A DNA stretch of 27,902 nucleotides from Armatimonadota bacterium. GTDB lineage: Bacteria; Armatimonadota; Armatimonadia; Armatimonadales; Capsulimonadaceae. The stretch is from contig JAYTRQ010000641.1 in NCBI GenBank assembly GCA_043746125.1, positions 1 to 27,902 of the forward strand. Reading direction: 5' to 3'. This document shows, piece after piece, positions 8,312-15,803 of the stretch (its first letter is position 1; each line of letters opens with the position of its first letter). The notes under the pieces are model-generated. The model had not been told where the DNA came from. It ran no database searches and saw only the letters and a program-made list of their open reading frames with translations. A program made the translations under genes and the position numbers.

Positions 8312-11300
8312 CTATTTGAAAGCCCAGGCTCCCCAAAGCTGGGGCGTCAGTTCGGCCTCGCTTGGGACGTCCGAAACCAGGCCCGTCGCCTTGTTATGCC
8401 AGTAGACGCGCTGGAGGGTTTGGAAGCCGTTGCCGCGCAGCAGCCCGACGTCGCCGTGCAGCGTCTGGCCCGGCGTGGCGCTCAGGCCGAGCAGGCTCAG
8501 GGGCACGGAGTATTCGTAGTTCCCTGCTCCGTCGCCTGCGAGAGTGATCTGGGCACTGACGTCCTCGACCCGCTCGAAGCGCACGGTGCGCTGCGGAGAC
8601 GTGAATTCGAACGGGGACGTCCTGCCCGGTGCCGAACGGGGCTGGTAGAGCATGGCAGCGGTTTTGCCAGCCACCTGGGTTACCAGCAGGCGCTCGCCGC
8701 CGGGGACGGCATCCAGCATCAGGTCCAGCGCCCCGCCGGTTTTGAAGAGCAGGGGCGGACTGCCGCCCGCATTCTTCAGCAGACCGGCGTCGCCCGTCTT
8801 GAAGGCGGCGTACAGGCGGTCCCCCGAAATGGACAGCGCGGCCTGTGTTTCGGCCTCGGAATGGCCCCAGTCGCCCTTCTGGTCCGTCCAAGTGTCCAGG
8901 GTCACCCAACGGGCGTCTGCCCAGTCGTCCAGCTTGCCGTCCACCGTCGGGGCGGCAGGTCGCAGCGCAATGGCGAGAGGGCCTCGGTCGGCGGACGCGG
9001 CGGCCTGCCGCTGGGCCTCACTCTGGACGAAGTAGGCGCGGGCCTGGGTCAGGAGGTCCGGTGTGACGTCCAGGGGTGCGTCGGGCAGCCGCTGGATGCC
9101 GCTCAGGCCGTCCAGGCGGAGGACGTTGCCGCCGTCGCCGCCGCCCACGAGGTAGACATCGCCGTCAGCGGTCTGGGTGAGCGACGGCCAGAAATTCTCT
9201 TCCTGGAGGCTCAGGTCGTTGACGAGCATGTCCTGCTCGGCCTTGGGGGCGGACCAGGACGCGAGCCGGCTGTCCCGGAAGAGCGTGGCGACGAACAGGC
9301 CGTCCGTGGTGAACAGGTAGACGTTGCCCTTGTTGCCGTTGATCGCCCACAGCTCGCCCGCGTCGGAACCTTTCGGCCGGATCAGGCCGCCCAGGAGGCG
9401 CGTGGTGCCGATCAGCTCGCCCGGATGGTCCGGCAGGGGGGCGCCGTGGCTGGGATGCAGGCCGGGCCACAGGCTGGGGTAGGTCCAGGTCGGGACGCCG
9501 TCTTTGACTCCGGACAGGGACGACTGCGCGGTGTAAGGGGCGGGCGGCACGGTGAGCACGGTCCATCCGCCGGCCCCGGCCAGAGCCTGGCCGCCGCCGC
9601 TGGTCTGCGGGGTGCGGGTGCCTTCGGCCAGGGTCAGGCCCCCGCGGAGGTCGTAGCGGGGCGCCCCGCTGGCCGAGATCCCGGAAGGCGGGAACCGCAC
9701 GGCCCTGCCGTCGAGGTAGGCCGCCACGAAAGACAGGTCCGGCATGACGGTGATCCCGCTCGCCTGGCCTTGGAGGAACGTGACTTCGTCCGGCTCGACC
9801 TTGCCATCCCCGTTCGCGTCCGACCAGGCGAACATCATCCTTCCCCCCGGCCTCCAGCCGGCCGGCAGGCGCGCCCGGAACGCGGCGGCTTTCGGCGTCA
9901 AGGCGGCCGGCGGGGCCGCATCCCAGTTGAAGTCTATGGTCGGGTCCAGGGCGGTCCCCGCGAAGTCCTTCAAGTCGGTCCCGTTGTAGTAGCGGCCCGT
10001 CAGCCCGCCGGGCCGGGCGGCTTTGGCGGAGGGGTATAGGGCCGTGGCAGGAATAACCGCCTTCGGCGTGCCCGGCCCGGCCCAAAGCAGCCGCGCCGTC
10101 GCCCCGCCCGCGCCCTGGAAGTATTCCATCGTGACGTCATAGCGCTGGCCGGCCTGCAAGACGGTAGTCCCCCTGTCTTCGGTCGTGCCATGCCCGGTCC
10201 AGTCGTCGACGAGGGGCTTGCCGTTGACCCAGAGCCGCACGCCGTCGTCGGAGAGCGTCGTGAAGGCGTAGGACCCCGACGCGGGCGCTTTGATCTGGCC
10301 GGTCCAGCGCACGGAGTAGTTCTGCGTCCCCCGGAACAGGCCGGAGACGAGAGGCCAGGAGTCGGCATCGCCCAGGGCAGCCACGGGCCGGGCGACGCCG
10401 CCCTTCAGGAGCCAGAGGGCGGCGTTGTCGGCGGCATTCGTGGGGCTGACGTTGTAGCAGTCCGTCAGGTACTCACGGCCCCCGAACGTCAGGGCCGTTT
10501 CGGGGGCGCGGCTCTTGTAGTAGGACGGCAGTTTGAGGGGGTCCAGGTCCGCCTGGTAGTAGTTGGCGACCGGGCGATTGGATCCGTCCTTCCAATCAAT
10601 GGACAATTCCAGGCCGCTGTAGAAAAAGTGTGTCTTGTCCGCCGGGTCCAGCGCCCCGCCGCCGCCGTACTCCATCGGGCCGTAGAACGCCTTGACTAGT
10701 CCGCCCGTTCTGGCGTCCCAGACGCTGACTCTTTTCGGCACGAAGTCGGTCTCGGCTACCCAGAGCCGGCCCAGGCTGTCCAGGGCGAGGCCGTCGGGCT
10801 GGTGCATCTGGAGGGGGTCGTAGGGTCCGAGTTTGGGGCGGCCCGCCTTGCCGATCACGCGCAGGAGAGCGCCCTTTGGGCTGAAGACTTTGACCCGATT
10901 GTCGTCGCCCCGGTCGCTGACGTAAACGTTCCCGCCCGCGTCGAGCGTGAGGTTCCGGGGGTCTTGCAGGCCGCTGGAGACCATGACCGTGGGCGCAGGC
11001 ATCTTCCGCTTGTCCGGGCCGACCGGGCAGCGGAGCAGGCGGGTCCCCGAGAGGACGAGAAGCCGCCCTTGCGCGTCGAACGCCACTCCGCGCGGGTCCG
11101 GCATCGGGGCCGTCCTGAGAATCTTGTGCGCCCGCGCGTCCACCCACAGGAGTTGGTTCATCTTGGGCAGGCTGGCGACCAGGAGGCCGTTGCGCACGGC
11201 CAGCCCGCTCAGGCCGATGTGGGCGTTGTCGGGAAATACGTAGCGGTAGTCTTTCCCTTCCAACTCGAGCGTCTTCTGACCCGACGGCAGCAGGCCGGCG

Positions 11301-12133
11301 TAGGGGGCGTTCGGCACCAGAAGCGGCCGGTCGTCGCCCCGGCCCATCCGGCCGTCGCGCGGTGGGGCGGCCATACGGTCGCGGGTCAGCAGTTCGGCCA
11401 GGCGCAGCTCGGGCTTGTCCCCGTCGTAGCCGCCCCCCGCCCAGGCTGAACCGGCGTAAGCGTAGACATCTCCCACCCGCTTCGGGCCGCCGTCACGGGC
11501 GAGGTGCGTCGCGCCGGTCCAGACGCCGCCGACCCACATCTGCCCGCGCAGTTTGCGCCCGTCCAGGTCCAGCCAGGCCAGGCCCGATCCTCCCTCGGTG
11601 ACCGCGCTGCATACCAGCACTTCCCCGCCCGTCGGACTGGGGGCCGGGCCGCGCCTGGCGTCCTCGGCGGGCACGAACAGGACTCCGCTCGGGGGCGTGT
11701 GGTTTGCGAGCCATTCGCTGCTCGGGTCGGGCGTCGCCCAAGAGGGCCGGCCCGGATTGTAGACAGTGAACTGGTAGCGCAAGTCTATCGGCGGCCGGAC
11801 CAGCCCGCGCACCCGGTACGCGCCCGCCGGGACCAGCCGGCCGGGGACGTCATAGACGCCGTGGGCGGCGGCGTCGGGGTTACGCCCCGTGTCGTCCAGC
11901 CCGTCCCAGTAAGCCGTGTTCGCCCCGGCGGGGTAAGGCGTCTCGCTGACCAGATTACGCACCCGCTTGCCCTGGGCGTCGTCAATGACAAGGGTGACGA
12001 AGCCGGCCTTTGACAGCGTGAACGGGATCGCGATGGGCGCGTGCGGGGCCGGGCCGGCGGCGCGGGCCGGGGCGGGGAGGCAACCGGAGAGAACGGCGGT
12101 GAACATAGCGATCCAGGGTTGTGGTTTCTGCAT
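8312..12133 (-). CDS. Large secreted protein (1273 aa): signal peptide, FlgD-Ig, NHL-like beta-propeller with PA14 insert, CBM9/DOMON-like
   Basis: FTLSKAGFVTLVIDDAQGKRVRNL...YWDG (FlgD-Ig); DPRGVAFDAQGRL, NLTLDAGGNVYVSD, GLALDSLGRLWVAE (NHL-like); SVRWTG...SDDGVRL...EYFQ (PA14); PTVDGKLDDW (CBM9-like). Confidence 0.85.
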   Translation of the reverse strand: MQKPQPWIAMFTAVLSGCLPAPARAAGPAPHAPIAIPFTLSKAGFVTLVIDDAQGKRVRNLVSETPYPAGANTAYWDGLDDTGRNPDAAAHGVYDVPGRLVPAGAYRVRGLVRPPIDLRYQFTVYNPGRPSWATPDPSSEWLANHTPPSGVLFVPAEDARRGPAPSPTGGEVLVCSAVTEGGSGLAWLDLDGRKLRGQMWVGGVWTGATHLARDGGPKRVGDVYAYAGSAWAGGGYDGDKPELRLAELLTRDRMAAPPRDGRMGRGDDRPLLVPNAPYAGLLPSGQKTLELEGKDYRYVFPDNAHIGLSGLAVRNGLLVASLPKMNQLLWVDARAHKILRTAPMPDPRGVAFDAQGRLLVLSGTRLLRCPVGPDKRKMPAPTVMVSSGLQDPRNLTLDAGGNVYVSDRGDDNRVKVFSPKGALLRVIGKAGRPKLGPYDPLQMHQPDGLALDSLGRLWVAETDFVPKRVSVWDARTGGLVKAFYGPMEYGGGGALDPADKTHFFYSGLELSIDWKDGSNRPVANYYQADLDPLKLPSYYKSRAPETALTFGGREYLTDCYNVSPTNAADNAALWLLKGGVARPVAALGDADSWPLVSGLFRGTQNYSVRWTGQIKAPASGSYAFTTLSDDGVRLWVNGKPLVDDWTGHGTTEDRGTTVLQAGQRYDVTMEYFQGAGGATARLLWAGPGTPKAVIPATALYPSAKAARPGGLTGRYYNGTDLKDFAGTALDPTIDFNWDAAPPAALTPKAAAFRARLPAGWRPGGRMMFAWSDANGDGKVEPDEVTFLQGQASGITVMPDLSFVAAYLDGRAVRFPPSGISASGAPRYDLRGGLTLAEGTRTPQTSGGGQALAGAGGWTVLTVPPAPYTAQSSLSGVKDGVPTWTYPSLWPGLHPSHGAPLPDHPGELIGTTRLLGGLIRPKGSDAGELWAINGNKGNVYLFTTDGLFVATLFRDSRLASWSAPKAEQDMLVNDLSLQEENFWPSLTQTADGDVYLVGGGDGGNVLRLDGLSGIQRLPDAPLDVTPDLLTQARAYFVQSEAQRQAAASADRGPLAIALRPAAPTVDGKLDDWADARWVTLDTWTDQKGDWGHSEAETQAALSISGDRLYAAFKTGDAGLLKNAGGSPPLLFKTGGALDLMLDAVPGGERLLVTQVAGKTAAMLYQPRSAPGRTSPFEFTSPQRTVRFERVEDVSAQITLAGDGAGNYEYSVPLSLLGLSATPGQTLHGDVGLLRGNGFQTLQRVYWHNKATGLVSDVPSEAELTPQLWGAWAFK

Positions 12134-12136
12134 AGT

Positions 12137-13274
12137 TAGGACTTTCGCTTAGACTGGTGCGTAGGCAGTAATTGTCGGCTGCCGTAACTGCGCTCGTAAG
12201 AAGTCGCGCAGCAGGTTGGCATGAGCGGCGTACAACGTCGTGCCTACCTTCCGCGCATGAACCTTGAGCGTTAGCCATGCCAAGTAGCAGCAGGCTAGGT
12301 GGCTGCGCTGGGCGCGGGCGTTGCGGCACTGGCACTTCTCGGCCCCAACGAGTTATTTTAGCTCACGATGCAACTGCTCACGATGCAACTGCTCGATCTG
12401 CCAGCGCATGGCGTTCTCGTCTTGAACGTCGCCCGAGGTGAGCCGAGCCTGGGGCTTGCCGCTGTCGTCGCGGTTTGTGATGACCCACTCAATGCCGCCG
12501 TTCGTGGCGACTATCTTGAAGAGGCGCACGAGGAAAGGTAACTCCTGGAGCTTGACGAGACGCCCGTGCTGGAGGCTGTCCTGGTCCCAGTCCAGCGCGT
12601 CTAGATGCATGTAGCCTTTGTTCTTGTCTTTCTTGCCAGCCTGGTACTGCTCCTTGCTCGTGCTGACCAGGCGGTTGCTCTTGAGGCTTTATTAGGGTGA
12701 GCGTGGTTACGAACACCATCCCCAGGCGGCGGATCACCTTCAGGTTGTCCACCGAGGCGTACCAGGAGTCGAACAGGACCATGTTGGCTTTGATCCGCTT
12801 GTCGCTCTTGGCGCGGATCAGCATCTCCCGGAAGTGCTCGTTCTTGGTCTTGCCGTCCGTCTCAGGAGAATAGACGCGGAAGTCAATCGGGAAGAAGTTG
12901 TCGGCCTTGCCGCTCGTGTGCAACAGGTTGACCACGCCGATGCCGCGCACCAGGCCGCCCTCGGCCCCGCTGTATTGGAGCTTGACCAACTCGATCTTGC
13001 GCGAGTATTGCTTGTTCTGCACGCTATCATCCACGACGAGATAGCTGTCGGGGCTGTCTTGAAGCAGCGGTGAGACGACTTCCCACAGGCGGCGGGGTGT
13101 GAGCTTCTCGCGGCGCAGGTAGTCGCTGACAGTGTCGTGGCTGGTCGCTGCCTCGCCCTCCAGATGGTCGGCCAGGTAGGTGCAGGTGTAGTTGACTGGG
13201 GTGGCGACCAGGTATTCGATGTACTGCTACTTGGTCATAAGTGCTTGTACGCAAACGAGCGAGCGAAAGTCCTA
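12137..13274 (-). mobile_element. IS701-family insertion sequence (degenerate)
   Basis: 13-bp terminal inverted repeats TAGGACTTTCGCT / AGCGAAAGTCCTA, flanked by a 5-bp direct repeat ATAGT (12132-12136 and 13275-13279), enclosing a DDE transposase remnant. Confidence 0.85.
12149..13238 (-). pseudogene. IS701-family DDE transposase pseudogene
   Basis: MTK*QYIEYL...SHDTVSDYL...YLVVDDSV...VLFDSWYAS...RWQIEQLHRE..K*LVGAEKCQCR. TAG at codon 4, a 16-bp frameshifting insertion at 12683-12701, a 15-bp tandem duplication at 12362-12391, and an internal TAA at 12353-12355. Confidence 0.85.
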
Positions 13275-13314
13275 ATAGTGTGTCGATGAGGCGGCTGTCA
13301 GGCTTGACTAAGAT

Positions 13315-13347
13315 GAGGTTCGGGGGACGCAGTTTCCCCCGAACCTC
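13315..13347. repeat. Intergenic 12-bp palindrome (REP-like or mRNA-stabilising stem)
   Basis: GAGGTTCGGGGG-N9-CCCCCGAACCTC, with no U-tract on either side. Confidence 0.55.
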
Positions 13348-13392
13348 GTACTGCTGCCGTCGCGGCTTGAGTGCGTCCTGATTCACGAGGCT

Positions 13393-14238
13393 CTATTTGA
13401 CGCTCATCGTCAGAGCGTCAGTACTGTAGCCCGTGCCGGCGGCCGTGCTGTCGGCGGCGGGCGGGCTGGTCTCGGACGCGGCGTTAAATCCGCCGCTGAC
13501 TTGAATGGGGCGGAGCCATTTGACGTGTCCGTCGGCGGCCAGCCAGTTCAAGCCGTCGGTATGATAGGGTTTGGCCGGGTTCCCACTGCCGTAATTGCTG
13601 CAAGAGGTCGTGGCCGAGGTGATGTTATCCATCACGCCCATGTACTGGGCGTTGACAGCCCCGTTGTTATAACACTTGCCGTTGGCAAATTCGCCGCCGC
13701 TCTTACCGGTGGCCGTTTGCAGGTTGCCGCTGGCGTCGGCGTAGGCATTGGGATCCAGAACGCCTCCGGCATTTTGAGCCTCGAACAGCAGGACCGTCTT
13801 GGCGGGAGAGTTGAAGCTAGAGAGTGCGGTCATAGTCCCGCCGCCATTCGGCTGGTTGTTGCTGGCATCGGGGACATTCAGGTTGTAGACGTAGGAAATG
13901 CCGCCCGAACTGTCGTCAGAGCACTTGTAGACGCCTGCCGCTTTTACGTAGGGGTAAACGAATGCCGCCCATCCGAAGCCGTAGTTGGTGACGCTGCAAC
14001 ACCAGCTCGCGCCCTGGGGGTATTTCTCGTCGGCATCCTGCACATACTGGGTGAAGGCGAGGCCGAGCTGCTTGAGATTGCTCTGGCAACTCGCGCGGCG
14101 GGCGTTCTCACGCACTTTCTGAAAGACGGGAAACAAAATCGCCGCGAGAATAGCGATGATCGCGATGACGACGAGCAGTTCGATCAGCGTGAAGCCTCGC
14201 TTCTGAGACTTCAGGGGGCTAAGTATGCAAATGGACAT
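13393..14238 (-). CDS. Prepilin-type N-terminal cleavage/methylation protein, DUF1559 family, with H-X9-DG motif
   Basis: [27 protein letters not shown] (type IV prepilin motif), [16 protein letters not shown], and C-terminal [16 protein letters not shown] (H-X9-DG). AAGGAG RBS. Confidence 0.92.
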   Translation of the reverse strand: MSICILSPLKSQKRGFTLIELLVVIAIIAILAAILFPVFQKVRENARRASCQSNLKQLGLAFTQYVQDADEKYPQGASWCCSVTNYGFGWAAFVYPYVKAAGVYKCSDDSSGGISYVYNLNVPDASNNQPNGGGTMTALSSFNSPAKTVLLFEAQNAGGVLDPNAYADASGNLQTATGKSGGEFANGKCYNNGAVNAQYMGVMDNITSATTSCSNYGSGNPAKPYHTDGLNWLAADGHVKWLRPIQVSGGFNAASETSPPAADSTAAGTGYSTDALTMSVK

Positions 14239-14293
14239 GATGGTGTTCTCCTTCGAGATCTGGCTGACCCTGTCCTCTAATACAGGCTACTAA

Positions 14294-14419
14294 TGGACGA
14301 ACCCGGTAGAACCGATAGGTACAGGTTCTTTTGTCCGCGCAGGCGGGCACTTGCTTTGCTGAAGACCCGGATTTCCAATCCGGGGGAAGATGGCCTATCG
14401 GTTCTACCGGGTTCGTCCA
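14294..14419. mobile_element. Putative 126-bp MITE
   Basis: Perfect 26-bp terminal inverted repeats TGGACGAACCCGGTAGAACCGATAGG / CCTATCGGTTCTACCGGGTTCGTCCA with TG...CA ends, flanked by imperfect CTAA/CTAG. No coding capacity. Confidence 0.5.
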
Positions 14420-14424
14420 CTAGA

Positions 14425-14454
14425 ACAGGTGTATTACTAGTATAAAGCACCTGT
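14425..14454. promoter_or_regulatory. Candidate operator overlapping the pilin-gene promoter
   Basis: ACAGGTG-N16-CACCTGT inverted repeat spanning the -10 box. ACAGGTGTAT (14425-14434) recurs exactly at 15713-15722. Confidence 0.55.
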
Positions 14455-14467
14455 GCGCTTTTGTCAA
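14439..14467 (-). promoter_or_regulatory. Sigma70-type promoter of the DUF1559 operon
   Basis: Minus strand TTGACA-N17-TATACT. Confidence 0.8.
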
Positions 14468-14474
14468 GCGTTTC

Positions 14475-15677
14475 TCACAAATAATTTCGGAGGCGGGTGG
14501 ATTGTCGGGGGATCAGGTGCGAGCGGAGGCAGACCTGCATGCTTGTGGTCTCGCCGCCGAGCGCACGCAGCAGCAGACGCGCGGCCTCAGCGCCCAGGGC
14601 TTCCAGCGGCGGGCGGACGCTGGTCAGCCCCAGCAAGCTGGACTCGGCCAGATCGTCGAAGCCGATCAGGCCGTAGTCGCGCCCCGCCTCCTTGCCCGCT
14701 TCGGCCGCGCCCTGGAGGAAGCTGAGGGCAACGATGTCGTTCGCGCCGATGATACCGACGCCGTCCGCCCAGCCCGCGCCGAGGACGGGGCCGGCCAGCG
14801 CCCGGCCGGCCATCCCCTGATCCAAGTCCCATGGGGGAGTCGGGTGGTCTGGCCGGTAGACGCGCAGGGCGTCGTCCGGAAGGCCTGCGTGCCGGACGGC
14901 GTTCCGTGCGCCGGTCAGGCGCTCCTCAGCCCAAGCCGCGGTGAACGGGAGCATGAAAATCAGACGAGCGTGGCCGCGCTCGATCAGGTGCTGGGCGGCC
15001 AGATAGCCAGCCGACACCTGATCGTAGTAGACGTGAGGCAGGGGCCGGTCGAGTGGGTCGGCAGTCACGAAAACGAGTGGCGTCCGCAGGCCCGCCGTGC
15101 CCGAAAGGGCGTTGGCGACCATCTCCGGCGGGTCATAGAGCAGGAGAACGGCCAGGGCATCCACGCCGCTCTCCCGCAGGGCGGTCATGGCGTCGGCCGG
15201 GGGGACGTTGCGCTTGTTCGGGCCGTACCGGTTGAACAGGCGCGTGGATCCGCCCGCCCCGCCGAAGGTGCGCTCCAGGGACGACAGGATGACCCGCTCC
15301 CAGTCGTGGTGGAGCGAGTCGTGGTGGAGCGGGCCTGGCCGGCCAAAAGGGGAAGACAACCCGGTGACAATGCCCAGGGTGGCCGAGCCGGGGGCTGGGC
15401 TAGGGCGGGGCTGGTCCTGGGAAGCCGCCAGGCCGACCACGGTGCCCTGGCGTGGCAGGGCCTTCAGGGTGCCATCGGCCAGCAGGCCAGAGACGGCTTG
15501 CTGAAGCGTACCCAGTTCGACTCCGTATTCGTCGGCCAGCGTCCGGCGAGAAGGCAGCAGCGCCCCCGGCAGCCAGCGGCCGGCGCGGATCTGTGCGCGT
15601 AAGTCAGCGGCGATGCGCTGGTAGACGTAGCGTGTCAGGTCCAGGCGCGGGTCTTGAAGTTTGTGGGGTAAGGTCAT
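14475..15677 (-). CDS. GntR-wHTH / LacI-type sugar-binding hybrid transcriptional regulator
   Basis: N-terminal YQRIAADLRAQIRAG...LLPSRRTLADEYGV...TLQQAV..L..DG.L....RQGT (GntR). C-terminal VYYDQVSAGYLAAQHL...NDIVA...LIGFDD...LTSVRPP (periplasmic-binding-protein fold). Confidence 0.9.
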   Translation of the reverse strand: MTLPHKLQDPRLDLTRYVYQRIAADLRAQIRAGRWLPGALLPSRRTLADEYGVELGTLQQAVSGLLADGTLKALPRQGTVVGLAASQDQPRPSPAPGSATLGIVTGLSSPFGRPGPLHHDSLHHDWERVILSSLERTFGGAGGSTRLFNRYGPNKRNVPPADAMTALRESGVDALAVLLLYDPPEMVANALSGTAGLRTPLVFVTADPLDRPLPHVYYDQVSAGYLAAQHLIERGHARLIFMLPFTAAWAEERLTGARNAVRHAGLPDDALRVYRPDHPTPPWDLDQGMAGRALAGPVLGAGWADGVGIIGANDIVALSFLQGAAEAGKEAGRDYGLIGFDDLAESSLLGLTSVRPPLEALGAEAARLLLRALGGETTSMQVCLRSHLIPRQSTRLRNYL

Positions 15678-15710
15678 GGGGCGATCCAGGACGGAGACGT
15701 GTCAAATCTG

Positions 15711-15722
15711 ATACAGGTGTAT
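15711..15722. promoter_or_regulatory. Candidate autoregulatory operator
   Basis: Palindrome ATACA-GG-TGTAT at the predicted transcription start of the regulator gene. Confidence 0.55.
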
Positions 15723-15729
15723 GGTACGC

Positions 15730-15758
15730 ATTATAGGCCTTATTGGTGTTTTTGTCAA
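15730..15758 (-). promoter_or_regulatory. Sigma70-type promoter of the regulator gene
   Basis: Minus strand perfect consensus TTGACA-N17-TATAAT. Confidence 0.85.
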
Positions 15759-15803
15759 GGCTCGCGGGAGTTGATAAAGCCGGCCGTCTGGGAATGTATA
15801 CTC

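Noticed and set aside
8303-10039. 578-aa plus-strand ORF, and similar long ORFs at 24437-26077, 14502-15602 and 21904-22842
   Set aside because: These are antisense shadows of well-supported genes in high-GC DNA, with no recognisable motifs.
13027-13386. 119-aa ORF as the original N-terminus of the 1273-aa gene, split by the IS
   Set aside because: Removing the IS and one target copy gives GAC ACA CTA TGC, which is out of frame with the ATG. The ORF also runs through a palindrome and the IS end.
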